46,677 bases of DNA from a virus (lineage: Duplodnaviria; Caudoviricetes). The stretch is taken from positions 1 through 46,677 of IMG/VR virus record IMGVR_UViG_3300025114_000005; one strand, 5' to 3'. This document shows, in pieces, positions 35,082 to 45,770 of the stretch. A program made the position numbers and the translations under genes. The first letter of the stretch is position 1, and each line of letters opens with the position of its first letter. The notes under the pieces were generated by a model. It worked only from the letters and a program-made list of their open reading frames with translations, did no database searches and had not been told where the DNA came from.

Positions 35082-36466
35082 TACGGTTCAGGGGTAACAG
35101 CATCAAGACCCTTTTCCCAAGCAAGGGCTCCACCAAGTGATAATAATATGCCTCCAGCAACCTTGCTATATGCCGGCCCTTTCATTAATAGCTTACCAGC
35201 CCTTATTAAAGCTGGAGATTTAGAAGCAATAGCCTTGGTAATTCCTTTAGAAGCAAGACCTCTTGCACCCTTATAACCCATAGCCGTGTAAGCTCCTACT
35301 CTACCTGCAGTAGCACCCTCTTCTTCATATCCAAAGGGTTTTCCTATAGCTCCTCCAAGGGGGCCAGCTATAAGTGGTGCACCAAGATATCCAAAACCTT
35401 TAGCAGCTTTCATTGCCCAAGGCTTGCCTTTAAATGCCCCCGCAATCTTTGCCCCCGGCTTTGTTGCGGCGACCTTCTTTTCAGCGGCTGCTATTTGCTT
35501 ACTCCTTGCTGTTTGAAATTTATCAAGTTTAGCTTGTTGAGTACTTGCTATAGTCCCCTGCTTATTTGCTAACCTTTCTTGATATTTTGCTGCTCTTATT
35601 AATTTGTCTCGTGCAGCTTTCTGATTTTTCCCAGTTAGAACTTCTGCTTGTTTTCTTAAGTCTTCAGCTTTTCTAGCCATCGCTGCTTGCTTTGTTCCGG
35701 CTGTGTGTATTACACCCTGTTGCTTTCTAACAGATGCTTCCTGCGCCTCAAACCTCTTACCAGTCTGTAGATTCTCAAGCAATGCCTGTAAAGGAGCACG
35801 TTTTTTCTGTAGTTTCCCATATTGATGAGCTGCTACACCAGTCCCCACAGCAACTGCACCCAGAGTTACACTTTTCGGACCAGTAAAATCTTCTCCGAAT
35901 GTTCTGTAAGCAGGATCATAATGAGTAGCTGTAGTAAATCCTGCAGCTGTTTCAGGCTTGACAGTAGACATATAATCATTAAATACTTGAGCATTCTCAC
36001 CACCACCACGCATCGCGTAACTAAATTCCTTGTTACTTAATCCGCTTGTTGCCTTAGCAGATGACAAAGCAGCCGCTACATTCCGATCTTGAAGTTCCTT
36101 CTGAGCTGACCAATTAGCTTCGAAAAAAGCTGCATCAGGTGCTACACCCTGATGCGTAGCCGCCTGTTGATACTCTTGCCACATGATTGCTTTCTTATCC
36201 TCAGTAAAAGGAAGATCAGCAAATGCTGCGTTATTCACTTGGGCATTATCATAGTCCCATAAATTTTTTCCGGCACCTCCAGCTGCTCCCTGCATTTGAC
36301 CTGCTATCTGTTGCTTAAGCTTGTTATGTGCTCGGTCTTCCTTTAACCATTTAAACTGTTCTTGTTGCATTTCATCAGTTTTCCGCCTAGCTTTTTCTGC
36401 AGCTGACATACTCCAAGCTTGCAATAAAGGGCTTCCCTGCATTTGTCCTACTCTAAATTCGGCCAT
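35081..36466 (-). CDS. putative ejection (internal virion) protein
   Basis: Ala/Gly/Lys/Gln-rich, with a coiled coil and C-terminal Gly-rich hydrophobic segments. Confidence 0.6.
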   Translation of the reverse strand: MAEFRVGQMQGSPLLQAWSMSAAEKARRKTDEMQQEQFKWLKEDRAHNKLKQQIAGQMQGAAGGAGKNLWDYDNAQVNNAAFADLPFTEDKKAIMWQEYQQAATHQGVAPDAAFFEANWSAQKELQDRNVAAALSSAKATSGLSNKEFSYAMRGGGENAQVFNDYMSTVKPETAAGFTTATHYDPAYRTFGEDFTGPKSVTLGAVAVGTGVAAHQYGKLQKKRAPLQALLENLQTGKRFEAQEASVRKQQGVIHTAGTKQAAMARKAEDLRKQAEVLTGKNQKAARDKLIRAAKYQERLANKQGTIASTQQAKLDKFQTARSKQIAAAEKKVAATKPGAKIAGAFKGKPWAMKAAKGFGYLGAPLIAGPLGGAIGKPFGYEEEGATAGRVGAYTAMGYKGARGLASKGITKAIASKSPALIRAGKLLMKGPAYSKVAGGILLSLGGALAWEKGLDAVTPEP

Positions 36467-36468
36467 AA

Positions 36469-37170
36469 CTATCTCCTAAATGAAAATCTCGCACCCTGTG
36501 GCTGAGCTTTTGTCATAACATCCATTATTCTTTTTCGTTTATCAAATTTCATCTGTCTTTCACTCTCCCTTAACATTAAATCCATTCTTGATTCTGCACC
36601 AGCTACTTCTTGTTGTCCCTCAACCTCTACTGGCTGAATAGGTGCGGCTGCTGTTGCAACAGGCGTTCTCATCTCCAAAGTACTATTATCTTCTCCAGCC
36701 CTCTCCTTTATTTGCTCTCCCAAGTACTTTTGCCATGCTGTTTGTGTCGCCCCTCCTTGATGTATTTTCCGATCTACTCCAGATACACCTAGGTCTCCTC
36801 CAATACCCTGTATAAATTGCTGCACCATCTCATTCTTTCCCCCCTCTGACTCGTCAGTAAAATCTCCGGCATACATATACTTATGTATATCTGCCGCTGT
36901 CATGCTAGGCTTACCTTGTTGCTTAAGTTTTTCTGCTAGATAAGTTTGACTATCCTCAGCAGTAGGCATCACATTAGTCTTTTCTTCAATGCCTTCAAAC
37001 ATCCCACCCTCAGCTAATAGTGTTCTTGGATCAAGATTTTTGACTAAGTTTTTTGCATTCTGTATAAAACCAACATTTGTATCCCAGCCTGTCGCCATTT
37101 TTAGCCATGGAGAGGCACTCTCATCGTTAGCTAAGTCAAGATTTACTGCTTGGTTACCGAATGCACCCAT
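36469..37170 (-). CDS. putative internal virion protein
   Basis: 233 aa, Q/G-rich, tightly packed among ejection-type genes. Confidence 0.55.
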   Translation of the reverse strand: MGAFGNQAVNLDLANDESASPWLKMATGWDTNVGFIQNAKNLVKNLDPRTLLAEGGMFEGIEEKTNVMPTAEDSQTYLAEKLKQQGKPSMTAADIHKYMYAGDFTDESEGGKNEMVQQFIQGIGGDLGVSGVDRKIHQGGATQTAWQKYLGEQIKERAGEDNSTLEMRTPVATAAAPIQPVEVEGQQEVAGAESRMDLMLRESERQMKFDKRKRIMDVMTKAQPQGARFSFRR

Positions 37171-37172
37171 TA

Positions 37173-37697
37173 TTATGCCCAGGGCTTATTTGCTACTAAC
37201 CCTATCAATGACTGTGTCATCTGACCTTGGTTAGCCTTGTTTTGTGAGAACTGTGTAGCACCAGCTGTAGCAATATCTTGGCGCCCACTTAATTCTCCTC
37301 CCATTGCTTGCAGTCCTGTACTAAAATTTTGACCCATGCTAGTTTGCCAATTAGACATGGCCTTATCCAACAAGCTGGCATACGCACCTGACGCTTGTTG
37401 ATTTCCTATGCCGCCGCCCATACCCATTCTTGCTGCATTCTGACCCATTTGCATACCTTGCATAGCACCTAAGTCCATTGCACCTCTCTGCCCAAGTTGA
37501 AACTGCTGTAAATTCCTTGTACTGTATGGATCAAGAAAGTCTCTACCTACCTGGCCCATCTCCTCCAGGCCTTTCATAACACCTTGGCCACCCATTAAAC
37601 TCTGCACCTTGTTAGGATCAGCCTGTCCTGTTAGGTTACCCCAAAGACTATTAGGGCCAGTCCACCAACTTCCTTTTCCCATTCCTTCTAAACCCAT
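37173..37697 (-). CDS. putative ejection/pilot protein
   Basis: Extremely Gly/Gln/Met-rich 174-aa protein with an AAGGAG RBS. Confidence 0.6.
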   Translation of the reverse strand: MGLEGMGKGSWWTGPNSLWGNLTGQADPNKVQSLMGGQGVMKGLEEMGQVGRDFLDPYSTRNLQQFQLGQRGAMDLGAMQGMQMGQNAARMGMGGGIGNQQASGAYASLLDKAMSNWQTSMGQNFSTGLQAMGGELSGRQDIATAGATQFSQNKANQGQMTQSLIGLVANKPWA

Positions 37698-37709
37698 AAT
37701 TATCTCCTT

Positions 37710-38267
37710 TTAAACCTCGCCGCCACCACTATCATAGATGGTTATTTCTTGACTTGCTATCTCATTCCCACCAGTAGTATTGCAAAAGAATCTTTCGAAT
37801 GCACTACCAGAGGGTATTACCTGTACAATATTCCAAAAATCTGTGCTTGCTGGAGAACCCATATCATGAGTCCACGGAAACGTATCAGGCGTTGTATTGT
37901 TGTAGTTATAATTAGCAGTATCATTTCCACTAGTTCTATTTGCTTGCCATTTAGCACTAAGCCAAGCTGAATTATCTAGTACTCTACTTTCCCAGTAAGT
38001 ACCACCACCACTATGATTCATTGTAGCTTCCATTTCATTTCCCGTTGAATTTTCATTAAAGGTATGGAATGTCCCTTCAGGGTCAAAAGTAATAGTCCTA
38101 GTTCCAGGCCTAAACGAAGCCCACAATTTTACATTACTTGCACTACCCCCCGCTAAATCTCCTCTAAGGCTTTTTTGGGCTGTGGAAGTACCCGTGGAAG
38201 AACCAGTTCCAGCCACACACATGCCTAAGTCAGACATCTTACAATTTGCTGGAGAATTAAACGCCAT
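37710..38267 (-). CDS. tail-associated beta-rich protein
   Basis: Ser/Gly/Thr/Asn-rich, immediately after the S74-bearing fibre gene. Confidence 0.55.
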   Translation of the reverse strand: MAFNSPANCKMSDLGMCVAGTGSSTGTSTAQKSLRGDLAGGSASNVKLWASFRPGTRTITFDPEGTFHTFNENSTGNEMEATMNHSGGGTYWESRVLDNSAWLSAKWQANRTSGNDTANYNYNNTTPDTFPWTHDMGSPASTDFWNIVQVIPSGSAFERFFCNTTGGNEIASQEITIYDSGGGEV

Positions 38268-38269
38268 TA

Positions 38270-40294
38270 TTAACCTCTAACCTTTCTCTTTACAAACTCA
38301 AGCTCTTCTTTCAATTCTTTTATTGCTCCAATCAATACTGGAATTAGTTCTTGTTGCCTAACTGTTTTATATTCCTCTCCTTCTTTACCAAAAGACATTA
38401 AATCCATTTCATTAACAATGTCAGGGAATACTTCCTCGACTTCCTGAGCAGATAACCCCAAATGCTTTCCATCTCTCTTCTCTTTATACTCATAGGATAT
38501 TGGAGTTAACATAGAAAGTTTCTCCAAGTTTCCTTTCATTGGTTCAATGTTGTCCTTCAATCTAATATCAGAAACTGCAGTTGAATAAGCTACCACGTCT
38601 CCATCACAATCTAATTGACCACCACTAGTAAGCCTAAATTTTGTTGTTGCCTCATGTCGTATATACCAATATCCACCTTTCCAGTCCTGATAAGCACTAG
38701 AATTATTGTGATGAAACCTTATCATATTGTTGGTGCTATTAGAATAATTATTAAGATAAAGATTATTTGCTATTCTAACATCATCAAATAAAACATCATC
38801 ATCAGTGTCTATGTTTAAGGAACCTCTTGTTGGAAGAGTTTGGTCACCAGTACATCCTTGTGTATTGTTCGCATCTAAATATCCCAACATCAAAATATGT
38901 CCTGATGTAACATTATTAGCCTCATGACTAGTTGCTATATACCCAGAATGAGTATGGTTACCAGCAGCTACTTGACCAGAACCTGGACCTATAGCTGCCT
39001 CAGCTGCCGCTCCAAGTCCTAACGTGTTTCTTGCTATACTAGCACTCCCAATAGTATCTCCTTCCCAATGCGTATCTGTATTAAGAGAAGTATTTGCAAT
39101 GGTTAATACATCGTCACCTGTAAAATTAACATTAATACCAGCACCTTCTGCTATCGTTAATTTGTCACCTGAAGTAATTGTATATTCAGTAGTATCTCCA
39201 TCTCTAATAGTCCAAGAACCATAGTTATCATAACTTCCAGAAAAAGATGGAGTAACCGTAATAACATCACCAGACAGAGCTGCGTCCCATGTTATTCCAC
39301 CACCAGCTTCAAATTTCAATGTATCACCACCTGATGCATTAACACTATCAAGATCGGCACCTTGTGCTAGAATTGATACTATTCCATTAGACAAGAAACT
39401 TGAAGTATCAACGTCAGAATTGACTGTAATGGTATCTGCGTCTGTCCTAACTATTGTTACATCTGTTCCACCTACAAATTTAATTGCATCAGTACCTGCA
39501 TCACTGTCTGTTAAAACAAAATTAGCTCCAGTTGCTAGAACAGAAGTAGATATACTGTATGTTAAGCTAGCAGAAGTAATAGCTGCGTCCAAATCATCAA
39601 GCACATCCTGAACATTGGTAGAGTCAGAGTTCCCAAATTCATCAGTAGTTCCTACTAAAGTAGCACCACCTACAGCTCCTATCTCTGATTCTGTGTAATA
39701 TTGAGTATCATGAGTATGGCTGTCATTTGTTACAACGGTGGCTCCATCAGCTCCTATAGTAACATGCCCAGTTATATCTTTATTATCCCATGTATCAGTA
39801 CCATCGTAAATAAGCATCTGAGCACTGGCAGGACTAGAAATATTTGTATCGCTTGCAGAACCTATCTGCACATTTGATCCTGTCAAACCATCTACATAAG
39901 CCTTGGTAGTTAAGGTATAGTCATCGCCTGGAGTAGTAGCAACTGCACTATCTTGCTTCGGCTGTATTTTAAATGTAGCTGACTTAATTACTTTTAAATC
40001 ATCTATGTTAGCTGTAGCTATATCTTCATCTGAAAATTCTGATGCTACTGCCTTTGAAAAGAACATCTCACGCTGAGCCCAACCATCAGAAAACTTTCCT
40101 TCTATAAAATACTTACTAGAAGAACCATTCTTAACAAGGCGGATATCACCGGTATTTCCAGACTCAGTATTCCTCGACTCTGTAGCCTCATCAGCATTAA
40201 CAGCATCAATAACCTGATTCATATCATCATAAACCTGCTGAAAAGCTCTCTTCTCAACCTCAACTCTTGGCGGTCTCTTTGTACTAATACTCAT
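38270..40294 (-). CDS. tail fibre with C-terminal peptidase S74 intramolecular chaperone
   Basis: SDIRLKDNI, GLSAQEVEEVFP and LIGAIKEL. H-T-H fibre motifs. Repeated GDTLKFEAGGGI-like units. Confidence 0.85.
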   Translation of the reverse strand: MSISTKRPPRVEVEKRAFQQVYDDMNQVIDAVNADEATESRNTESGNTGDIRLVKNGSSSKYFIEGKFSDGWAQREMFFSKAVASEFSDEDIATANIDDLKVIKSATFKIQPKQDSAVATTPGDDYTLTTKAYVDGLTGSNVQIGSASDTNISSPASAQMLIYDGTDTWDNKDITGHVTIGADGATVVTNDSHTHDTQYYTESEIGAVGGATLVGTTDEFGNSDSTNVQDVLDDLDAAITSASLTYSISTSVLATGANFVLTDSDAGTDAIKFVGGTDVTIVRTDADTITVNSDVDTSSFLSNGIVSILAQGADLDSVNASGGDTLKFEAGGGITWDAALSGDVITVTPSFSGSYDNYGSWTIRDGDTTEYTITSGDKLTIAEGAGINVNFTGDDVLTIANTSLNTDTHWEGDTIGSASIARNTLGLGAAAEAAIGPGSGQVAAGNHTHSGYIATSHEANNVTSGHILMLGYLDANNTQGCTGDQTLPTRGSLNIDTDDDVLFDDVRIANNLYLNNYSNSTNNMIRFHHNNSSAYQDWKGGYWYIRHEATTKFRLTSGGQLDCDGDVVAYSTAVSDIRLKDNIEPMKGNLEKLSMLTPISYEYKEKRDGKHLGLSAQEVEEVFPDIVNEMDLMSFGKEGEEYKTVRQQELIPVLIGAIKELKEELEFVKRKVRG

Positions 40295-43200
40295 TTCACC
40301 GGACGCCTTCTATATACTACACCAATAGAATCAACATTGGTGCTTTGATTAGTAAACTGGAGCTGCAAATGCTTTGCCTTCCTATTAGCATCAGTTAATT
40401 TATATTCAGCATGATCTGTACGATCAGTATGTGTCTTAGCTATATTTGCCCCACCTGAGCTATTGACCTTGGTGAGTAAGCCACTTGACGATGTGGTATC
40501 TGCTAAAATCCTGATAACCTTAAACATCTTTGTCTGTGTATCCTGTCCCATTGTAAACTTCTTTGATACCCAGTCCCAGTTCCTGCTAGAAGTTCCACCA
40601 GCCCACACAAAAACTTTCCCTCCATTATTACTTACAATAGGTTCGCCATCTTTTCCGGATATAACAGATAATGGAAAGGATGCACCAGCAGCAGTCCCTG
40701 GATCAAACTCGTGTAAATCCCATCGTTTCCTCGGAAGATTGTAAGCCCAAACATAAAAATGATCTTCTGTAGCATGTGGACTATAACTTGAATTTCCTTC
40801 TAACATGGTAAAGATAAGAAATGAGTTATTACGAGAGTCAAACGTTGTCTTTACATGACTTAAATGAATGTTACTCCACCCATGCCCTGTTACATCATCC
40901 TTTCTAATTGCCTCTCCAATAATCTCGGGAACTTTTCCATTATGAAAGTAAATATTATTCTTTGAACATATTAACATACCATACTCAGTAACTGTTACAC
41001 AATGCTTGTTTATTGCACCTACACCTTCAAATGTATCTTCTATGTAGAACGGGTCTGTACTTATCCTATATGTATTATTCTCATCGAAAGCATATATTCT
41101 ACCACCGAAACCTACTAAAGCAGTTGGCTCCTGGGGTAATTTTATAACATCTGAGCTCCAGTCAAATCTATCAAAATCTCCAGGCTTTGACTTAAATACA
41201 TATAAACTAGCTCCATCAACAAGATCAGGATGTGAACATTTAGCAATAAAGTGAGTATTATTTATCGTTGCAGACAGAGCATAGTTGGGTGTCAGATTAT
41301 CAAGTGTCTCAGCCATACCCGTAAAAGCTTCGTAACTTCCCAACAAGCTTCCGGTTTCAACAAATGATGAATAAAAATGATCGCCCATTGCTTTTTGATA
41401 AGCATCACTAGTACTAGTAACTGAAGCCCATCCTGTTGGATCATCTGTTGTAACGACTTGTTTAACTAACCTGTACAAAGCAGTTGGGGTTGAAGAGGTT
41501 GCTTCAGATCGGTATATCCTGACAGCTGTCACTCTCTTTGGTATAGTAGCAACTACTCTAATAGCTATTCCTATTCCATACTTCTCATCAGATAGTTCTT
41601 GTACACTAATATCATCAGACAATGGAGACTCTTGATATCCATCATATATAAACGAAGCTTTGTAATGCTGATAGGTTACAACATCGTCTTGTCCTATAAG
41701 TCCACCATTTGTAATAGGATTGGTAGCAATTGAGAGATCACTACCGGCTCTCTTTACAGCAGTATAACTACCATTACCAGCAGAAGTAAATGCTACATGA
41801 TGTGCTACCCCCACATTCTGAGTGGATAATAACATAAGATTAGCACTTGTTCCCCCAGAACCATCAAGGAGGGCGAATGTACTAGCGTGAGTACCAGCAG
41901 AACTATTCCCAGTGATAGTACCATAATCAACTGGGGATTTAGCTAATATAAAATTATTTGTAAATCCAGAACTAGCATATGCTGTAAGAGAGTATGCAGA
42001 GAGTGTAGTATTCACCCCATTAGAACCAGCCTGACGTGAAACGATAATAACAGGAGACCCTGAAGTAACTAATGCAACCCCTCGTGACTTTCTAGTTGTT
42101 GCAGTTGACGATGAATTGTAGCTATATAGTTCCTGCAACCTTGGTGGATCAGTACCCTGATCAAATAATTGTCCAGTAGTACCATCCTTATTAACAAGAA
42201 TAATCCCACTATTCATTGAATCATTATGTGTAGTACTGTTAGTATATATTGCTTTGGCGTCAGCTTCTACAATAACCCCAACAACATCATTTTCTTGCAC
42301 TGAAGTCAAAGCGGCTTTCTCAATTTTAAGGTTAGGGCCTGGAGTTACCCAGTTACCTTCCAGCCCAGACGTATTCATAGACCAAGTCTTATTATCAGGT
42401 TCAATGCCCGTACCATCTACGAGGCTACTTCCACCGGCTGTATTTAAAAGTAACTTCAATGTAGTAACACTAGCTTCCCATCTATTGGGTTTATAAGCTA
42501 AGAACCATACTGTATACTCATAATTTGAAGCTCCAGTCCCTGTCATGTGTATATCTGATATAGTTGAACCAGTTTCTAGAGCACCATCAGTGTCGTCCCA
42601 TCCCAATACAGGATAAGATTCTACTGGCAATAAAGTAGTTTCACTTACTTTGTACAAAGTACCATATACACCAACACCTGAATCAAATACAAGAAGATGA
42701 CCAGAATTTGCACTATCCTTACAAAGTCCAGTTATACTACTATAATTACCAGCCTTCTTAGTAAGAGAGAACTGGTCTCCTACAGAAGAACTTTTATGAT
42801 CGTACTTGTAGATTTGGCTTCCCTGCCAGGATACAGCATATACATAATCAGCATCACCGACTGCCTTATAGAAGATTGGCACGTTTGTTGGCTTATCAAC
42901 ACTAGCGTCTTCCATGGTAATACCACTGATAGCAGAACCGAACTGCTTATGAGGCATATGACCTACCCACTTTGGAACATCAGAAACGCCATTACCCATC
43001 CCAATATGTACTTCTCTGTTGTTCACTGACATAGTTACATCATTTGCAGAACTAGTCACAGAACCAAGTGAAGAAGCAGAAGGGCTATTCCCATAGAAGT
43101 CATCCACTTTCCATATGGTATCAGTACTTCTGTAAAAGATATAATCACGAGTACCATCTCCTTCACTTATAAAGGCGGCCTCAGAAGCATATGCTGTACT

Positions 43201-43365
43201 TACAAGGTCACTACCATCCACTGCTAACCCCTTCAGTTTCCCATCAGTAGTTCCTACCTCAAGGTTCAATGAGAACTCAGCTGCATCATCAGGAACATCC
43301 TTTATGTCAGGAGATGTCACTGTTCCCGCTTCGAACTTGGTTATTTCAAAGACTTCTTTAGGCAT
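40291..43365 (-). CDS. tail nozzle / DNA stabilisation protein (beta-propeller, P22 gp10/T7 gp12-like)
   Basis: 1024 aa, beta-rich. N-terminal FEAG...DVPDDAAEFSLN, plus YVFKSKPG, YVWAYNLPRKRW and WVSKKFTMG. Confidence 0.7.
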   Translation of the reverse strand: MPKEVFEITKFEAGTVTSPDIKDVPDDAAEFSLNLEVGTTDGKLKGLAVDGSDLVSTAYASEAAFISEGDGTRDYIFYRSTDTIWKVDDFYGNSPSASSLGSVTSSANDVTMSVNNREVHIGMGNGVSDVPKWVGHMPHKQFGSAISGITMEDASVDKPTNVPIFYKAVGDADYVYAVSWQGSQIYKYDHKSSSVGDQFSLTKKAGNYSSITGLCKDSANSGHLLVFDSGVGVYGTLYKVSETTLLPVESYPVLGWDDTDGALETGSTISDIHMTGTGASNYEYTVWFLAYKPNRWEASVTTLKLLLNTAGGSSLVDGTGIEPDNKTWSMNTSGLEGNWVTPGPNLKIEKAALTSVQENDVVGVIVEADAKAIYTNSTTHNDSMNSGIILVNKDGTTGQLFDQGTDPPRLQELYSYNSSSTATTRKSRGVALVTSGSPVIIVSRQAGSNGVNTTLSAYSLTAYASSGFTNNFILAKSPVDYGTITGNSSAGTHASTFALLDGSGGTSANLMLLSTQNVGVAHHVAFTSAGNGSYTAVKRAGSDLSIATNPITNGGLIGQDDVVTYQHYKASFIYDGYQESPLSDDISVQELSDEKYGIGIAIRVVATIPKRVTAVRIYRSEATSSTPTALYRLVKQVVTTDDPTGWASVTSTSDAYQKAMGDHFYSSFVETGSLLGSYEAFTGMAETLDNLTPNYALSATINNTHFIAKCSHPDLVDGASLYVFKSKPGDFDRFDWSSDVIKLPQEPTALVGFGGRIYAFDENNTYRISTDPFYIEDTFEGVGAINKHCVTVTEYGMLICSKNNIYFHNGKVPEIIGEAIRKDDVTGHGWSNIHLSHVKTTFDSRNNSFLIFTMLEGNSSYSPHATEDHFYVWAYNLPRKRWDLHEFDPGTAAGASFPLSVISGKDGEPIVSNNGGKVFVWAGGTSSRNWDWVSKKFTMGQDTQTKMFKVIRILADTTSSSGLLTKVNSSGGANIAKTHTDRTDHAEYKLTDANRKAKHLQLQFTNQSTNVDSIGVVYRRRPVK

Positions 43366-44741
43366 TATCGTTTACTTATAATACCTGCTCTTTCAAATAG
43401 ATCGTACATTTTCCCAGAGAGGCCTTCTTCCTTCATTTTATCCAGTAGATAAGGTTCTCCCCCAATAGTTCCCATGGGATTACGTATGTTCCTAGGACGT
43501 GTAAGACCAAGCTTCTCACCTGTAGTTCTTTGCGGAGCTGTCTCTTCACCTGGAGCGGGAGGGCCTTGACCTTGATATCCTGGGCCACTAACATCGGCAT
43601 TCGGGTCTTGAGCATCTCTGTCTGCTTGATAAGCTCTGATAGCTGCTGTTGACATTGGCCCTATCTGAGAATCAATATCACCGCTATAGAAACCAGCATC
43701 TCTAAGAGATTCTTGAAGTCCTCTATTTGCACCTTCATCAGAAAAGCCACCTGCTGACGCTTGGTTAAGATAATCCTCTACTGATCGGGGACCTCTTGCT
43801 GAGCTAATTGCATCACCCGCTGCACCTGCAAACTTACCTGGTATACCTTTTAGAGCACCTAGTAATCCACTGATATCATCACGAAGACTCCGACCTTCAC
43901 CTCGAACACCAGAAAGAGTTTCTCCGGCTCTAAGATCAATATCCTGGCGTTGTCCTGGTTCATAATAAGGACCTTTATTAGTAGCAAACTGATTAGAAGA
44001 GGCTATGTCCTTCCAATCCTGTCCGGCTCTCTGTCCTATACCACTGAGGGTTTCACCCTTCTGGACTTCATAATCACCTTTTGCGGTGTCAGTTAAGTAC
44101 TGATAAATCCGTCCTAATCCACCTGCCATCTCTTTCTCCTTTGGAGCGCGTTGAACGCTCCCTGTTTTTTTATCAAATATGTCAAACGAATGCTCATCAA
44201 ACCAAGGATGATAAGGTACTGGATTTCCTTCCTTATCTTTATGTCCTGACCCTTTATTTGAATACTCAGCATCCTGTGTTGCCATATTCTCATTCCACCA
44301 ATTACTAAGTCGTCCCTTACCGGGCATTGTTGGTCGTCTACCTCCTGGATGGATCGAAGGTAACCAGCCTTTAAGTGCCATATCCGCTTTTAAATACGGA
44401 TTAATTTTCTTTGGAGTTCCCTGTTGTCCTGGCCAATGACTTCCAAGGTAATGCATCGTTTCATGAGGCATTGACTGTTCCCAATTACTCTCTTTAAAGT
44501 TAATTGTCTTATCCTTATCGCTCCAATATGCTCCTGCACCTGAAGATACACCCTCCTTTGTTTTATGCCAATCCCAATCTTTATCTGCAACTGGATTATA
44601 CTTCATTTCACCAGATGTAACAGTAGATAGAAGATCGTCATACGACCTTGTTACAGAAGGTCTCCACTTAATCCATTTCTTTATATCACCTTCATTCTCT
44701 CTTAAGAACTTTTCTACGTCAGCTTGATAATTTTTAGCCAT
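43365..44741 (-). CDS. multidomain protein: HExxH zincin-like motif, LysM and peptidoglycan-binding domain
   Basis: MPHETMHY, YEVQKGETLSGIGQ, and LQESLRDAGFYSGDIDSQIGPMSTAAIRAYQ. Confidence 0.72.
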   Translation of the reverse strand: MAKNYQADVEKFLRENEGDIKKWIKWRPSVTRSYDDLLSTVTSGEMKYNPVADKDWDWHKTKEGVSSGAGAYWSDKDKTINFKESNWEQSMPHETMHYLGSHWPGQQGTPKKINPYLKADMALKGWLPSIHPGGRRPTMPGKGRLSNWWNENMATQDAEYSNKGSGHKDKEGNPVPYHPWFDEHSFDIFDKKTGSVQRAPKEKEMAGGLGRIYQYLTDTAKGDYEVQKGETLSGIGQRAGQDWKDIASSNQFATNKGPYYEPGQRQDIDLRAGETLSGVRGEGRSLRDDISGLLGALKGIPGKFAGAAGDAISSARGPRSVEDYLNQASAGGFSDEGANRGLQESLRDAGFYSGDIDSQIGPMSTAAIRAYQADRDAQDPNADVSGPGYQGQGPPAPGEETAPQRTTGEKLGLTRPRNIRNPMGTIGGEPYLLDKMKEEGLSGKMYDLFERAGIISKR

Positions 44742-45534
44742 GGATTAACTCTCCCCAAAGAGATGTCTTTCCATTTATAATCTGCACTACGTGCACTGTA
44801 AATAAACCCTTTTCATAATAATCCACAACTGCGAATGCGTGACTCCAATTGTGCCTTCTATTCTGTAACCAAGCATTATCTTTATCACTCGTCTTCTTTA
44901 AGCATCCAATAGACCATGCCGATTTAGTTCCATCAAGGTGCGTAACGCTACACTGCTGGAGGTCGTGATGGTGTCCATACATAATATTAGAACCGAGCTT
45001 AAGAAGATGAGTCCTCGAATGATGGATACCGGAGAAATGATGTCCGTGATAGTAGTACAATTTTCCAATCTTAAGGTACTTCCCAAATGGATAGAATTTG
45101 TATCCTCTTTCTTTCCACTTGCAAGACTCCTCAAATCTGATGCCAGTAAGGTACGGGTTCTCATCAACAAATCTATTGAGCCATTCATCATGATTTCCTT
45201 CACAGATATACTTTTCTGTACAACCTGACTTATCAATAGACTCATCAATAACATCTTGCGCCTTATTAACTGCTTCAATTTCTTCGTGAACAAACGGTAA
45301 CTGATACTCTAACGGTGGTCTCTTCTTCTTTCTCCACTGCCAATGAGAGACTGATGACCATTCTCCAACATCTCCAAGGTCGATGTAGAAATCTGGCTTA
45401 ATAATTTCAATTGCCTGCGTAAGGCAACTAACAGCCCCATCGTCTCCAAGGGGAAAGTGCTTATCTGGTGACACAATGCCACGCTTAACTACTCCTTTAT
45501 CTAGTTTGGCAATCCTGCCCATACTTCGTCCCAA
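44734..45534 (-). CDS. calcineurin-like metallophosphoesterase
   Basis: PDKH, LGDVG, GNHD, YHGH and GHHH motifs in canonical order. Confidence 0.9.
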   Translation of the reverse strand: MGRSMGRIAKLDKGVVKRGIVSPDKHFPLGDDGAVSCLTQAIEIIKPDFYIDLGDVGEWSSVSHWQWRKKKRPPLEYQLPFVHEEIEAVNKAQDVIDESIDKSGCTEKYICEGNHDEWLNRFVDENPYLTGIRFEESCKWKERGYKFYPFGKYLKIGKLYYYHGHHFSGIHHSRTHLLKLGSNIMYGHHHDLQQCSVTHLDGTKSAWSIGCLKKTSDKDNAWLQNRRHNWSHAFAVVDYYEKGLFTVHVVQIINGKTSLWGELIHG

Positions 45535-45770
45535 TCCCTAGGATCAATTGCTAAAGATTGGGCTCTGTCTAAATATCTTTTGGTGGTACGTTTTGTGAAT
45601 CTTAGGAGGTATTCTTTACAGAATTGACACTCCCATAGTAATGGGTCATCTTCAAGGGCTCCGAGGATTTCTACTCCATCAATTTCTCCGGAGCCGCAAT
45701 ACGGGCAACAATCTGGTTTATCCTTCCAGTGTTTCGTCCCCTTAATTTCTAGATTATCGTAAGCACCCAC
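45501..45770 (-). CDS. zinc-ribbon protein
   Basis: CPYC...CQFC. GTG start abuts the upstream stop. Confidence 0.7.
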   Translation of the reverse strand: MGAYDNLEIKGTKHWKDKPDCCPYCGSGEIDGVEILGALEDDPLLWECQFCKEYLLRFTKRTTKRYLDRAQSLAIDPRDWDEVWAGLPN

